Of a stretch of DNA of 64,000 nucleotides, positions 24,957 to 38,600 are shown piece by piece. The position numbers and the translations under genes were made by a program. The DNA comes from Antedon mediterranea. Its lineage: Eukaryota > Animalia > Echinodermata. Each line of letters begins with the position of its first letter. The stretch's first letter is position 1. The stretch lies in assembly GCF_964355755.1 (NCBI RefSeq), contig NC_092672.1, forward strand, positions 26,170,437 through 26,234,436, written 5' to 3'. The notes beneath the pieces are model-generated. The model was not told the DNA's origin. It searched no databases and worked only from the letters and a program-made list of their open reading frames with translations.

Positions 24957-27900
24957 ATCTGAGGGAAAAATATTGTTAAACTTCAAATCAGAATCAAAAC
25001 GACTATAATGTCGTTATCGTATTTTAATCAGAATCACAGTGAAAACACTGCCGTACACGAATAATTATTTCGTCTCGTATAGTGGCAACATCATTACTCA
25101 TAATTTATTAGCAACATCATTCTTTCTTTGATGTCTTTATCACCAACGTATCATTACATCATCATCAACAACGCTGTCGTACGGTTATTACAACTATTAC
25201 ATCGTCATCGCTATCACCAGTCACATCAGTAGCTTGACACCTTTATCATATTAATTACAAAACAACGTGATTATTTTAACAGGGTTCTGTATCAAATTTA
25301 GTTACACTCTTCGCTAGGACCCAATTGAATTAGCAACACCAAAATACCCTATTTGATTAAAGTTAATTTCCGGAAGTTTATATTGTGTGCCTTATGTGTT
25401 ATCGTCGTTGTCATCATCCTCAATACGACAATAAGAGGTGGTACATTGGCACTACATTAATCGTTAATCATCACTCAAATGTGCGTTTGTTACTACTATA
25501 ATCATGTAGGTATATAATAAACTTCTTTCTTGTAATCTAATCATCATAATTCCATAATCATCAATGTAACTATATACTACTTACCGCCGTGTGTGTGCAT
25601 GCATGTCCTTTAGGCCTAGTACTAATTTGTACAGTACAGTCTTTCTTATATTGTGGCGAAGTTCCGATCACGTGAAAGAAAATCTCTCATAATGTTTAGT
25701 TTTGTTTATGCTATCGTATATCAGTTTTTAATAGTTATCATTATTTGATTGGCCTAATTCAATGATATGTATGTATTATAAGAACTTTTATGAAAACTGC
25801 AGGTAACATTTTCTAGTTTCAAACTTTCATAAACACTTTCAGTATAGTCTGTTGCAGAATTTTTATTTTTTTTTTCGAAAACCGTGTAGGCATAAGTCGT
25901 TTGCAGTTAATTAACGAAAACGGAATGCATTCTCCTCTTCATTTCTGAATATTAGATGTTCTGATTAATAAATGCATATTAATATTTATGGTGTTTACAC
26001 CCATTTTTATCATTTATTTTGTGATAAAAGCTTTTGCAGAAATGTACATTATGATTACCGATGATAATCAAAACTTATTCCATACATAAATACTATTAAG
26101 AGGTTCTTAATGACTCTTTGTTTATATCTTTCTTATATCTCTTGTTTATGTTTATACATTTGTTTTCATCAAACATATGATAGTGAAACAACTTGATTGA
26201 CAGCACTTAAGAAGTGTATAACTAAAACAGGGCTTATTCAAATATTATGCAAAATAACACAATATTAATTTCTTCTTTCCTAGTCCGAGTTGTAGTACAG
26301 TTATAACTAGCGTCTAATATTATTAAACGATATGATAGTTTATTAAGTAGGCCTATTTGGGCACAACTTTTTATTCCAAATGTAAATTAGTTAATTAATA
26401 GTTTTTTTGGAAGCACTAGTAAAAATGGCCATTGGTTTTAAAACAGGTACACTATTAACATGACTATATTAATTAGCATATACTCGTAATTTTACATCAC
26501 ACATTCAAGCCTCCTTCATGACCCTTCTCTCCATTTCACACCAACTGACAAGACTGTTTAATTGAAGTTATACATTATAGGCGTATATAATTATCACTCT
26601 TCATTATTATATTTTTATCACGATCACTGTTATTATCACGCCTACTTTAGCAGCAGAAGCAGAACTAAAAGTCATAAATTCATGATAACTGTCTCACAAA
26701 ATTAAGTCGAAATGCCGTCTGGTCTAGAATATGAATCTGATTAGATCTTTTCCTGCGTAGCATATGACAATGATTTATGGGTCTTTTTTACAACCTGGTT
26801 CATAATTCCAATGAAACGACTTTGTATAAAATTATAATACATGTCTAAATTATTAATAATGAATATTAGTGGGCGGAACACAGAAAAATCATAACAATTT
26901 TGAAACATATGGGAAACTATAGATCGACTAATTATTAAAACATATGATGAATAGAAATGTTTTGCCCGCACTTGGCCTTTAAAGATTATCGCTACATTTT
27001 GAGTAGGCCTATCACCATACCTATATAATAAAGAACAGTAGATGTTATGTATTTATGACTATTATTATGACATAGAAAAAAGGTTCACAAAGGATTTATT
27101 GGAAGAGTTGGGGCGGTGATTACGACTAAGCGGCCATATTGCAATTTCTTAGAAGAACCAGGTAGGAAGTAAAACACATGTTTCCTTTCTGATAGGCCTA
27201 AATACAACCCCGTATTATTACTGTATCATGCTATTTCAGTTTAATTGCTCTGTGTTAATACTGCATCGTTCAGGTAGGCCGATTTTTTGTTTTATTTCCA
27301 TAGTAGTACAATTTTAATTAATAGATTATCTAATGAGTTTGGTATCAAATTGTGGGGTTGTGAATCTGTAAAAACAAAAATTAAATTCGGTGTCCCATAG
27401 GGGTCAACAACTAGCCTGGCACTTTTCACAGCGTATACTAGACCTATTGCCGATATTATAAAGTCTCATAATGTTCGGTATCATCCTATAGGCTGATGAT
27501 ACTCAACTTTATTCAAGCTTTGATCCTAACATACCCGTGACTTAGAAGTGTCTATTTTTAGATTAACAACCTGTATCAATAAATTTAAGTTATGGATGTT
27601 TAAAAACAAACTTAAGCTTAATGAGCAAACGACAGAACGTTTAGTTTTGCTTCCACAAAAGGTTAATTTTAATGATAGGAAAATTGAACTTAATATTGGT
27701 AGTGAAATTCTGAAACCATCATATACCGTTATATCTTCGATACAGACCTTAGTATGATGTGTGTCGCACGGTTAACTGATCTAAGAGGTCTACTGTACGT
27801 AGAATAAGAAAGTTCTTAGATAATAATACCTGCGCTGAGACCATTAGGTCCCTTGTTCTCTCTAGATTGAACTAATTCGCTGTTTGTTGGTAGGCCTATG

Positions 27901-28140
27901 TCTGTTAAAGACAGACAGCGATTGACAACAAACCGAACCACTAAGCTTAACGAGCTTCATTGGCTTCCCATTCACTGTAAAATTCAAATTAAGGTACTTT
28001 TTCATGTTTATAATTGTCTCGCAAACCTAACACCAGATTACCTTCAAGATTTTCTTAGACTGTATGATTGTAAGTAAAAGAAGGGGGCTTCGGTCTGTGA
28101 ATGATACCACGGTTCTGTACAATCCAATTACTAGGCGGGT

Positions 28141-28230
28141 TGTCGGTCGGTTGGTCGGTCGGTCGGTCGGTTGGTCGGTCGGTAAACACTAACTTGAGCA
28201 CGCGACTGCATCCATGTATATGGCCTTGTT
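28141..28230 (+). mobile_element. HINE/DINE-1-like 3' end
   Basis: (GTCG)n microsatellite, CACGCGACT, ATGTATATGGCCTTGTT end. Confidence 0.6.
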
Positions 28231-29256
28231 AGTTCTTAAATTACAGGCCAAAATGGGTCGTTGACAATGTTGTTTAAGATTCGAACGGCATTTTCGTTGG
28301 TTCTGTAAATGAAAAGTGTTACAGTGTAAATCAACATTTTTATTATTACAACCTACCTACTGTACTACTCGACGAAGAACAAGTACCCGACCTATGTCAC
28401 AGAACCTTTGTGCACGTACGTAGAAATAAATGTTATACGCGAGAGGGACATCTAAATAAAATAATAAAGACTAAGCCTATATCTTTCTTTTAACTGTTTC
28501 TTCACTCACCAGTGTTCGTTGGCAATTGCTTTATTGTTTGTTTAACAATTGATTTGATTATAATATTATCGAATTAATTAATAATCGAAAAATGTAAAAT
28601 TATATCGGTCTGTATTTCATACACAGTTGATGTATCAAGTTGTAGATGATTTGTGTTGATATGTTGCCATGCTGTTGTGCTGGATACCTAGCGCGCAGAA
28701 TTCCACCACACAACGATGAACGCACGGTCATGCGCACTGGGCTGCTGGTTCACTCAGTTGCTAAGATTGCGCGTTAATGACTTATTGACACACGCCCCAC
28801 CCATTTCCGATACCATCATCATGATCTTCGTTTAAACAAAGGTTTTACATGTTGTGTGGAAACCTGTCGCCTATAATACTACTAGCTATATATACTTGTG
28901 ACGTGATAAGATGTCATTTGTGGAGGTAGTGTCGTCGACGAAAGAAGTCTTTATATAAAATACAAAATGAATGTATAGTTGTCATCGCGATAATTTCCAA
29001 GTCTCTAATTCGGATCGGGATGAGATTCTTCTCGGTTATAAAAATGTATTAGGCCTATTCCTGAATAGATTATAATTTAACTTTAGATAATATAACATGT
29101 TGTACACTACACTAGGAGAAATCGTGTTTTACCTGCATAGGGTTCTGGGTCATCACATATGTTCCATCCTGTTTCGGTGTTGCAAAGTTTAGTTTTAGAG
29201 AGAGACGAAGTGTCCACACATCTGTTTCTTTGAATTTTGCTTGCTTTCTTCTGCTA

Positions 29257-29314
29257 TGTCGGTCGGTTGGTCGGTCGGTTAACACGCGACTGCTGCCATG
29301 TATATGGCCTTGTT
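29257..29314 (+). mobile_element. HINE/DINE-1-like 3' end
   Basis: Same motif set as 28141-28230. Confidence 0.6.
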
Positions 29315-29665
29315 CAAGTATGGCCCTGTGTTCTGGAATGCTCTTCCGGCACAAATTAGACTGGCTGAATCGATAGTTTGGTTTTTAAACGCATTCTTAA
29401 AACGTATTTATTTCCCAAGTAGTTTTAATATCTGAGACTTCTATATTCTTATATATTTATATATTCCTATATGTTATTTTACTTCATTGAGATCTCTACT
29501 TTTTTTATCTAAAAATTGTAATCAAAATAAGTTAAGCGCTATATAAGCAATTATTAATATTGAAACATACTGTATATGTATTTCCTATGTATACTTGAAT
29601 GAGATTCAATTGTTATAACTATCTATAAAAGCGCCATTCCAGAAAATAAAAGAAAAGAGAGCATT

Positions 29666-29951
29666 CAAGATGTATTTGCCCCTCAAAAACATAAAAATGA
29701 AGATTAATTAAATCAGACTTTGAATAGGTTTGTTTAATACATTTCATCACTTCCATAAAATTACAACAATAATAATACTGTTTTCAGTTGTAAAATGACA
29801 AAATAAATTGTTAAATTTAACCAAAAAATACATATATTTTTCTCTATTCAATTTTCTGTCAAAAAGTGGATAATTATTGTGACATTAAAATGGCATATTC
29901 AACAAAACTTGTTTTAAGAATTATTTTTTCAGGGGGAAAAAAATATCTTTG
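29666..29951. mobile_element. Old ~280-bp MITE family (Kolobok-like ends); related copies ~32950-33235, ~42950-43140 (inverted), ~52990-53303
   Basis: Shared AAATCAGACTTTGAATA and GACATTAAAATGGCATA blocks; GGGGA(C/A)AATATATCTTTAA-type termini. Confidence 0.55.
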
Positions 29952-30168
29952 ATATTAATAGAAAAATCATGATTCATGTTGATTTTTCAATTATTATAAT
30001 TTTCAATTAACACTGCCCCTTGAAGTGTTCTTTTTTTCTACAATTAAAGTATTTTAAGCAGATAATCTGAGTAAGTAAAGACATAACAATAATGTAGCCG
30101 TAACCAATAACCCTTTCCCTTTGCGCGGATCGAAAGCATTGGCTAATGTTATGGTATTCATATTTTTT

Positions 30169-31746
30169 TAGGCCTTATACACTTTTCATGATGCAGGAAA
30201 CAAATTTTAAAATATCGAGCATTTTTTATATATACTCTAGTAGCTAGATCAACTTTCGTATGCACTTTGAGGTCCAGAGAATTTGACTTCAGAAATTGGT
30301 TTAGGATGGTCAAACAATCATTATTGGCTTGGTTACACATTTTGAAAATGTGGCGAAAGGTCAAAAGGTCAGGGTAAAAGGTTATCAAACTAAACACCAA
30401 TAGGTCCTTAAATCTCGATAACCACTGGTCACAGCGAGGTAATTTTGGTCTCAAATTAATCAGAAGGTATACATTTATATTCAGTATAATGGGATATTTT
30501 AGTCAAAAATTATCAGAAATGCCATTTCTGTCCTTTGACCCACATATCATGGCTTCTTCATATCTCTGTAAGTACTGGTCGTAGAAACTTAAATTTGGTA
30601 TCAAATTGTTCGAAATATACATATTTACATTCATTGTAATAGAAAATGTGGTTAAAAGATGAACAGAAATACTATTACTAATGTTTCAAACAAAAAACAT
30701 ATCTCTACATAACAATATCCTTAGACAGTAATGTTATGCAATAACTGATACTTTAAATTGTTTCAATTTCAAGTACTAGTTATTGCTGTCCACGAGAACA
30801 TTTTGATATAAATGTCAAGCTCAACAGTTCTTTTCAGAATGCTAGAAGTAACTTGCCATGTGTATCCGATTAAACTCCCCGGGCATTTATTGTTCAAAAG
30901 GGTTTTTAGGGGGAGGGGAGGCATCTTTATTTGGGGTATAATATGGTAATATGTATAATCAAATAAATACCACCTAGATGTAAAATAAAATACAGTACAA
31001 TTAATATCAAAAAGTGACAAAAAAATGCTTGGTAAATTGTAGATTATGGTAGTTAATGTAATGTGTTGTGATACAATTATTGTGTAAATGCATGTGGCGG
31101 GCGTATTCCACATGATGTTCTATTGGAGGGAATGGTGGCGTTTTTTTTTATTTGAGGGAGGCTTTCCAATTTTGTTTTAAATGCCCCATTAGACGGAATA
31201 TAAATGTATGCCTTCTGAACAGTTTGAGACCAAAATTGACTTGCTGCGACCAGTGGTTGCCGAGATACTATTACCTTTATTTATTTGTTTATATAACCCT
31301 TGACCCTGACCCTTTGACCTTTTGTAACATTTTTCAAAATGTGTAACAAATAACAAAATATATATTTCGAACAATTTAAAACCAAATTCAAGTGTCTACC
31401 ACCAGTAGTTACGGAGATAAATACATGCCCTGGGTTGTGGGTCAAAGGTCAGAAATGGCATTTCCGGTCATTTTGAACTAAAATGTCCCATTAGACTGAA
31501 TATAAATGTATACCTTCTGATCAATTTGAGACCAAAATTACTTCGCTGTGTACAGTGGTTGTTGAGATTTAAGGACATATTGGTGTTTGGTCTTATGACC
31601 TTTCACCCTGACCTTTTGACCTTTCGCCACATTTTCAAAATGTGTAACCAAGCCAAAAATGATTGTTTGACCACCCTAAACCAATTTCTGAAGTCAAATT
31701 TCTGGACCTCAAAGTGCATACGAAAGTTGATCTAGCTACTAGAGTA
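30169..31746. mobile_element. Non-autonomous long-TIR DNA transposon, Academ-like; right terminus truncated
   Basis: ~400-bp imperfect inverted repeats starting TACTCTAGTAGCTAGATCAACTTTCG (30233) and ending CGAAAGTTGATCTAGCTACTAGAGTA (31746). Subterminal units resemble those of the Academ at 34929. Possible TAG terminus at 30169. Confidence 0.7.
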
Positions 31747-32678
31747 ATAAGCAATTATTAATATTGAAACATACTGTATATGTATCGAGCATTTTTTTTA
31801 TAACATTTTTTAAATTGATGAACAATTTCAAACAGTTTTCTACCTTTAAAAAAGATGCATTTGTTCTCTGTAAAACTAAATGTAGCTTTTGCAACTTTAT
31901 GCTACACAAAATACTTTTTTAACATTATTATATAAATTCTTTCTATACAATATAATTTAATCTATGTTATATAAAACAAGGTATATTTATTTGGATAAAA
32001 TATTTTTTGTATTTTTATACTAATTCAATATTTGAATACATTTTAAAGCATGTTTTTTTTAATTTAAAATAACATTTTCTAAATTTATAATTTGGCATTA
32101 AAAAATCAATTTTAGATCAAATATTTACATACTTTGCTATAAACACAAAACTAAAAACGAACTTTAAAGATTTGAAATGATATAAACATCATTTTTATAA
32201 AAACAGCTGCAAACACAATTTATTCGCAAATTATAATGAATATAATTGTTTCATATAATAATGCTTAAAAAAAAATGTATATACACAATGTACCGATAGA
32301 GGGAAATGGCAAACATATGTCTACAGTTGGTATAAAATCATATTAAACCGCTGGGAGTGATAATTTTTCATTTTTTTACATGGAGTGAACTTGGCCTAGT
32401 CTCTGTGCATTGTTTCTGCACTTTAATATGTAAAGTTGCTCTTGTTGAGTTTTCAATTGATATTTTAAAATAAATGTGTTCATATTTACCTAAGCTAGCT
32501 AGAAAGGAAAGAGGCATTGTAAAAAGTTTTTTTTTATACATTTGTGTACATGCTTTTAACTCCACCCCATACAAAAACCCATACAAAAACATTGTAAGAT
32601 ACTTTGCTTACAATCTACACCCAAACTTTCCAATTTGTAGTGACGTCATCATGGTTCCCCATTTCCCTCTATTTACTT

Positions 32679-35600
32679 TTATAATGCTTTGACAACTTCT
32701 GATAACAAAGCTGGATAGTTTTGATCGAAGGTCAATGATGGCAGTGACAAGATGTTGTCACCGTCCTTGACAGACACAACAGAGAGTTGCGCAAGAGGCG
32801 TCGCCTGTTGGTTGCCTCCCATTTCAAGGGATAAACTCGGTAAAAGACTTTCAACAGATTGCACCATGAATGGGTCATCGCCTAGAAGATTCTTGTTTCT
32901 CTCTACTCTATTTACTCGCTTCGGTCTGAAAAATAAAATGATATGAGATGAGTTACAGGATTGTCCTCCAAAAGCATTAATTAATAAAATCAGACTTTGA
33001 ATAAGCCATTTTGTAATTTTAATCAAGTTAATCATAAAAAAACAAAAAATCAAATCAAATAAATGGTTACATTTAAACAAAACCCATTGGTTGGCAGCCA
33101 ATTTGACCACTTTTTACTTTAAATTGCATAGCTAAATAATTTTTTTTAATCCAGCAAAGTTGTAAATAACTATTTATGTGACATTTAATGGCATATTCAA
33201 TCAAACATTTTTTCAAGGGGACAATATATCTTTAACAACGATGTAGGCTATACTGTATATCTTGAAAGGGTGTATTTCTATGCTATACCAATGATAAGAT
33301 TATGTAACTAACAACAATCAATCCAATTCAGTTATGAACTGACTTACATTACTAGAACTTAAAATCTCTAATAACCGAGTTGTTTTTATGTATTGTTTAT
33401 TTTGGTGACAGTTACTGTAGGGTAAAGAATAATTTGTATTAAATACATCCATTCAAACTATCCTACAACATTAAATGTCCTGTTCCTGCTATGCATCTAC
33501 TGTCCCTATACTTTACCTTCCTCTCTTAATTGTAGCAGGTTTCTTTTCTACTTCGACAACATCAAATAACCGAAAGAGTAGGTCTGTATTTGCTACAGTG
33601 GTTTTAATTGTTTTAATGGGGCACCGTGAATGTTTTAGTTCTTTCATTTCTTCTGGCTTTTTCTCCCTTTCTTCTGGTGGTGTTACTGGTCTCACCTCTG
33701 TAAATATGAAAATGTATACACTTTTCAACAAGTTTGCTAAAAATAAATTATACCATGTACTAATAAAAAATAATATTTCCGAGGGGCAAGCTTAAAGTAT
33801 GTTTATGATACTTGTTTGGTCACAGAGATTCGTAAGGCATAAATGCTTTTCAAAATTACCATATTTACATATTGCAATGTTATACAGTATAAGGAATTAC
33901 TGCCTCATTGAGTCATACTGTAGGCCTAGTTTTTATTGTTGGTCAAATAAATAAATGAATGAAATGAGCTCTGCCTACACTATCAAACTTTATCTGACAA
34001 AAAATGTGTGGTGCCCATAATAATATTGACACCATGACATCATATCACTACCGTCCATAATTTGGCACATCGCACTCTTTTTGTCAAACTAGTTAGACAG
34101 AGCTTAGAGTTCATATTATTTGATTAAAAAAAATACATGGATTGATTCTTTGTTGCATACACACACACAAAGAAAAAACAAAATGTAGCATGCAATACAG
34201 TACTGTAGATGAAAACATAAGTTTACCACTTAGATCCTCGTTCGTTTTCTCGTGTTTCCATAGAGGAGGGAGAACTGTGTAGTTAGAACCTGGGGGTAAC
34301 ATAGTAGGATTATTAGGCTGTTGCCAGAAGGATTGTGGTAAAGCACGTCTTCGCATTGGCATCGGTTCTATATAAATGAGAATAAGTTGAAAATTAAAAT
34401 ATTGTAGTTAAAGATTGACCTCCTGAAAAAAAAAATGCACCATCAAAATGTCACATAATAGTCACTTGACCAAAAATAGGATAACACATTATTTAAATGA
34501 AAACAAAAATTAAATGTTGTTGTAAACTGGAAACTCCCTAGAAGATCTTGTTAAGTTTAACTGTTTATTGGTGACATTGAATAACTTTATTAAAACTACA
34601 AAATGACCTATATTCAAAGTGTTATTCTATTCATCTTTATTATTCATGTATTTTTTTTTTGGTTGGGGGAGGGGGGAGAGTGTGGTTGTAATACATCTTT
34701 AAATAGGCATTATGATTTCAAGAAATTATGAAATACTGGTAACAAATTTATAATTTAACCAACTACATGCATTACAAGTGTCAAATGACATAATATTTGT
34801 TATAATAAGATAGCTTTTGTGTTAATACAAGGAAAAGAGGTTTGTTAAGTGTAAATCAATAAATTCATTTTAACAATTACTGAGTTAGTCAACAAGACTA
34901 GAGATTCAGTGTATGCAAACACAATTAATAGACAAGTTCTATTTCCTCTGAAATATGATGTAAGAAGCATTTTTGGGTAGAAGCTGGGATCCACTTGATT
35001 TAGGATATTTCGACCTCGCTGATTACGAATATGGCGGATCCCAAGCGAAATTCGGCCATCTAAGCCCTTAATTTGCATAATTAAAAATGGCGGCCATTTT
35101 TTATAATTACCCTATATCTCGAGAACCACTAGTCACAGATAATTAATTTTGGTGTCAAAATGTTTTAAATATATGTTTTTATATTCACTTTAATGACACA
35201 TTTTCTCAAAAAATTGATGCAAGTCGTATTTCTGACATTTTGACCTTTGACCTTGATTTATCGTATCTCAGTAACCAATAATCGGAGAGACACGAAATAG
35301 GGCTCAAATTGTTCAGAAACTATACATTCTTATTTATTATAATGAAATGTTTTTACAAAAAATGGCCGATTCTACAACTATTGACCTTTGAACTATTAGT
35401 CAAATATAATAATATAATAATAATATAACTTTGAAAATTGTGGTCTTATGAATTTTTTTTTCTTTTTAAATTGTTTAAAACATGTGTGTTTCTATACAGT
35501 CTAATGGCACATTTTGTACAAGAATGGCCGATAGTATGGTTATTGACCTTTAAACTACAGCATAGGCCTACTGTATACTGAATATAATATAATATAATTG

Positions 35601-38600
35601 CATAACTATGAAATTATTTATACTCAATAATAATTAGTAAAATTATAAAATTCACTGCCATCAAATATGATGTGTTATGATTTATATAGATTTAAAAAAA
35701 AATTGAACACGCAAGTTACATTTGTTGAAATTTAAAATTACCTGCCATCAATATGATGGAGTATGATTATAGATTTTTTAAAATGTGAACATGTCAGCTA
35801 CATTTGGAAATTACCTGCCATCAATATGATGGATTATGATTATAGATTTAAAAAAGAATTTGAACACATAAGCTACATTAGAAAATTACCTGCCATCAAT
35901 ATGATGGATTATGATTATAGATTTAAAAAAGGATTTGAACACGTCAGCTACATTTGGAAATTACCTGCCATCAATATGATGGATTATGATTGTATAGTAC
36001 CAGCCATCAATATGATGGATTATGATTATAGAATTAAAAAAGAATTTGAACACGTCAGCCACATTTGGAAATTTGGAAATTACCTGCCATCAATATGATG
36101 GATTATAATTGTATAGGTTTGAAAGAATAGTGAACACGTAAGCTACATTGGGAATGAACATGTTAAGGGCATCAGTTTTGATCATTCATGCAAAGGTTTC
36201 CGTCATCTTTAGCGTTGTTACAGTAGCATATTAAAGCTGTACATGGTAGTTTTGACTTTTTGCACCTACATCTATATGGTTATGCATCGTGTCTTGCATC
36301 CACAATAAATCATCTCTAACGAAGCAGTAGGAATAGCTTCATTTTTCAGAAGCACTGGTTGAAGTTTACCATTAGATAGCTCCCAACCAAAATATGTTGG
36401 TGATGGCAAATGCTGGATTGGCGATACAGCTTTTTTCAATACGAGTGCTTGGAAGTGTGCTCTTTTTATATGATGCTGGTGCACTGCATCGCTTGTTGGA
36501 GGTAATTTTTTTTTTTTTAAACATGGCATGCCTAACTTAAAACTGTCGATAAAGGACACCACCAGACAAAGATGAACCAAAACACAGAGACCAATTCGTC
36601 GAATTATAGAAAGTGGTGAAATACCGCTGCCAAATTGCTGGTCAAACTTGTTGGCATTACAAGATAATAATGCAGATCTGACACGATTTCTATCAGAGGA
36701 GTTGATTCGTCAAGCTCCTATAGACAAAGAAATTGTCACAGCTGGTGGATTTATGAAAGAATCAGTTGTTAAATCATCAAAATTGTACACGAATACGTTG
36801 TCTCTGGTCAGACCATGAAGAATCGGACACGAGACTTGTCATGCTGCCAATGTCCGATACGACACAGTTGTAGTTGCTTCTAGGGATACAGACGTACTAG
36901 TGATTCTAGTGTCTCACTACCAAAGCATGGTATCCAAATGGATGATGACAGGGACATCCAAAAAAAGAAAGTATCTATAAAAGACATTTTTCAAGCCTTG
37001 CCCGAGGGTTCTGCAAAAGCACTGTTTCCATTCCACACTATTAGTGGATGCGATACTACCTCATATCCAGGGAAGAGTTAAATTATATTAATACATACAT
37101 ACAGTAATTTAACTCTTCACTGCTCATATCTAAGTGGTCACTCAAAGGCATCGGCATGGGAAGTATTAAAAAAAGGTATGAACTAATTAAAGACCTGGGA
37201 GAAAACCTATCAGTGACCAAGTTATTATGAAATCGGAAAGATTCATTTGCTACGTTTACGGTGTTGGTCAAGTTAAAAGTACCAATAAAGTTAGGCTTTA
37301 AAAAAAAAAGGCATTACCTCCAACAAGCGATGCAGTGCACCAACATATAAAAAGAGCACACTTCCAAGCACTCGTATGGAAAAAAGCTGTATCGCCAATC
37401 CAGCATTTGCCATCACCAACATATTTTGGTTGGGAGCTATCTAATGGTAAACTTCAACCAGTGCTTCTGAAAAATGAAGCTATTCCTACTGCTTCGTTAG
37501 AGATGATTTATTGTGGATGCAAGACACGATACATAACCTGCCAATAGATGTAGGTGCAAGAAGTCAAAACTACCATGTACAGCTTTATGCCGCTGTAACA
37601 ACGCTAAAGATGACGGAAACCTTTGCATGAATGATCTTAACTGATGCCCTTAACATGTTCATTCCAAATGTAGCTTACGTACGTGTTCACATTTTCTTTT
37701 AAATCTATACAATCATAATCCATCATATTGATGGCAAGTAATTTTCAAATGTAGCTTACGTGTTCAAATTCTTTTTTAAATCTATAATCATAATCCATCA
37801 TATTGATGGCAGGTACTATACAATCATAATCCATGCATCATATTGATGGCAGGTAATTTCCAAATTTCCAAATGTAGCTTACGTGTTCAAATTCTTTTTA
37901 AAATCTATAATCATAATCCATCATATTGATGGCAGGTAATTTCCCAATTTCCAAATGTAGCTGACGTGTTCAAATTCTTTTTTAATTCTATAATCATAAT
38001 CCATCATATTGATGGCAGGTACTATACAATCATAATCCATCATATTGATGGCAGGTAATTTCCAAATTTCCAAATGTAGCTGACGTGTTCAAATTCTTTT
38101 TTAAATCTATAATCATAATCCATCATATTGATAGCAGGTAATTTTCTAATGTAGGTTACGTGTTCAAATTTTTATTTAAATCTATAATCATAATCCATCA
38201 TATTGATGGCAGGTAATTTCCAAATGTAGCTGACATGTTCACATTTTAGAAAATCTAAAGCACACTCCATCATATTGATGGCAGGTAATTTCAAATTTCA
38301 AATTTCAAAAAATGTAACTTGCGTATTCAAATTCCTTTTTAAATCTATATAAATCATAACACATCATATTTGATGGCAGTGAATTTTATAATGTTACTAA
38401 TTATTATTGTGTATAAATAATTTCATAGTTATGCAATTATATTATATTTAGTATACAGTAGGCCTATGCTGTAGTTAAAAGGTCAATAACCACACTATCG
38501 GCCATTCTTGTACAAAATATGCCATTAGACTGGATAGAAACACACATGTTTTAAACAATTTAAAAAGAAAAAAAAATTCATAAGACCACAATTTTCAAAG

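Larger units (their letters stand above)
27350..29560 (+). mobile_element. Degenerate L2-clade LINE, 3' half, split by an insertion at 28141-29314
   Basis: GVP*GS, ADDTQLY, LKLNEQTTE, LHWLPIHCKIQIK; after the insertion FKYGPVFWNALP..LKTYLF; L2-like 3' end AAGCGCTATATAAG at ~29534. Confidence 0.85.

Noticed and set aside
30233-31746. Tc1/mariner element with TA TSD
   Set aside because: The flanking TA is part of the inverted repeat; internal units resemble the Academ arms and the right end looks truncated.
35655-38380. CRISPR-like array
   Set aside because: Units are tandem with no unique spacers, there are no cas genes, and the context is eukaryotic; it is a minisatellite.
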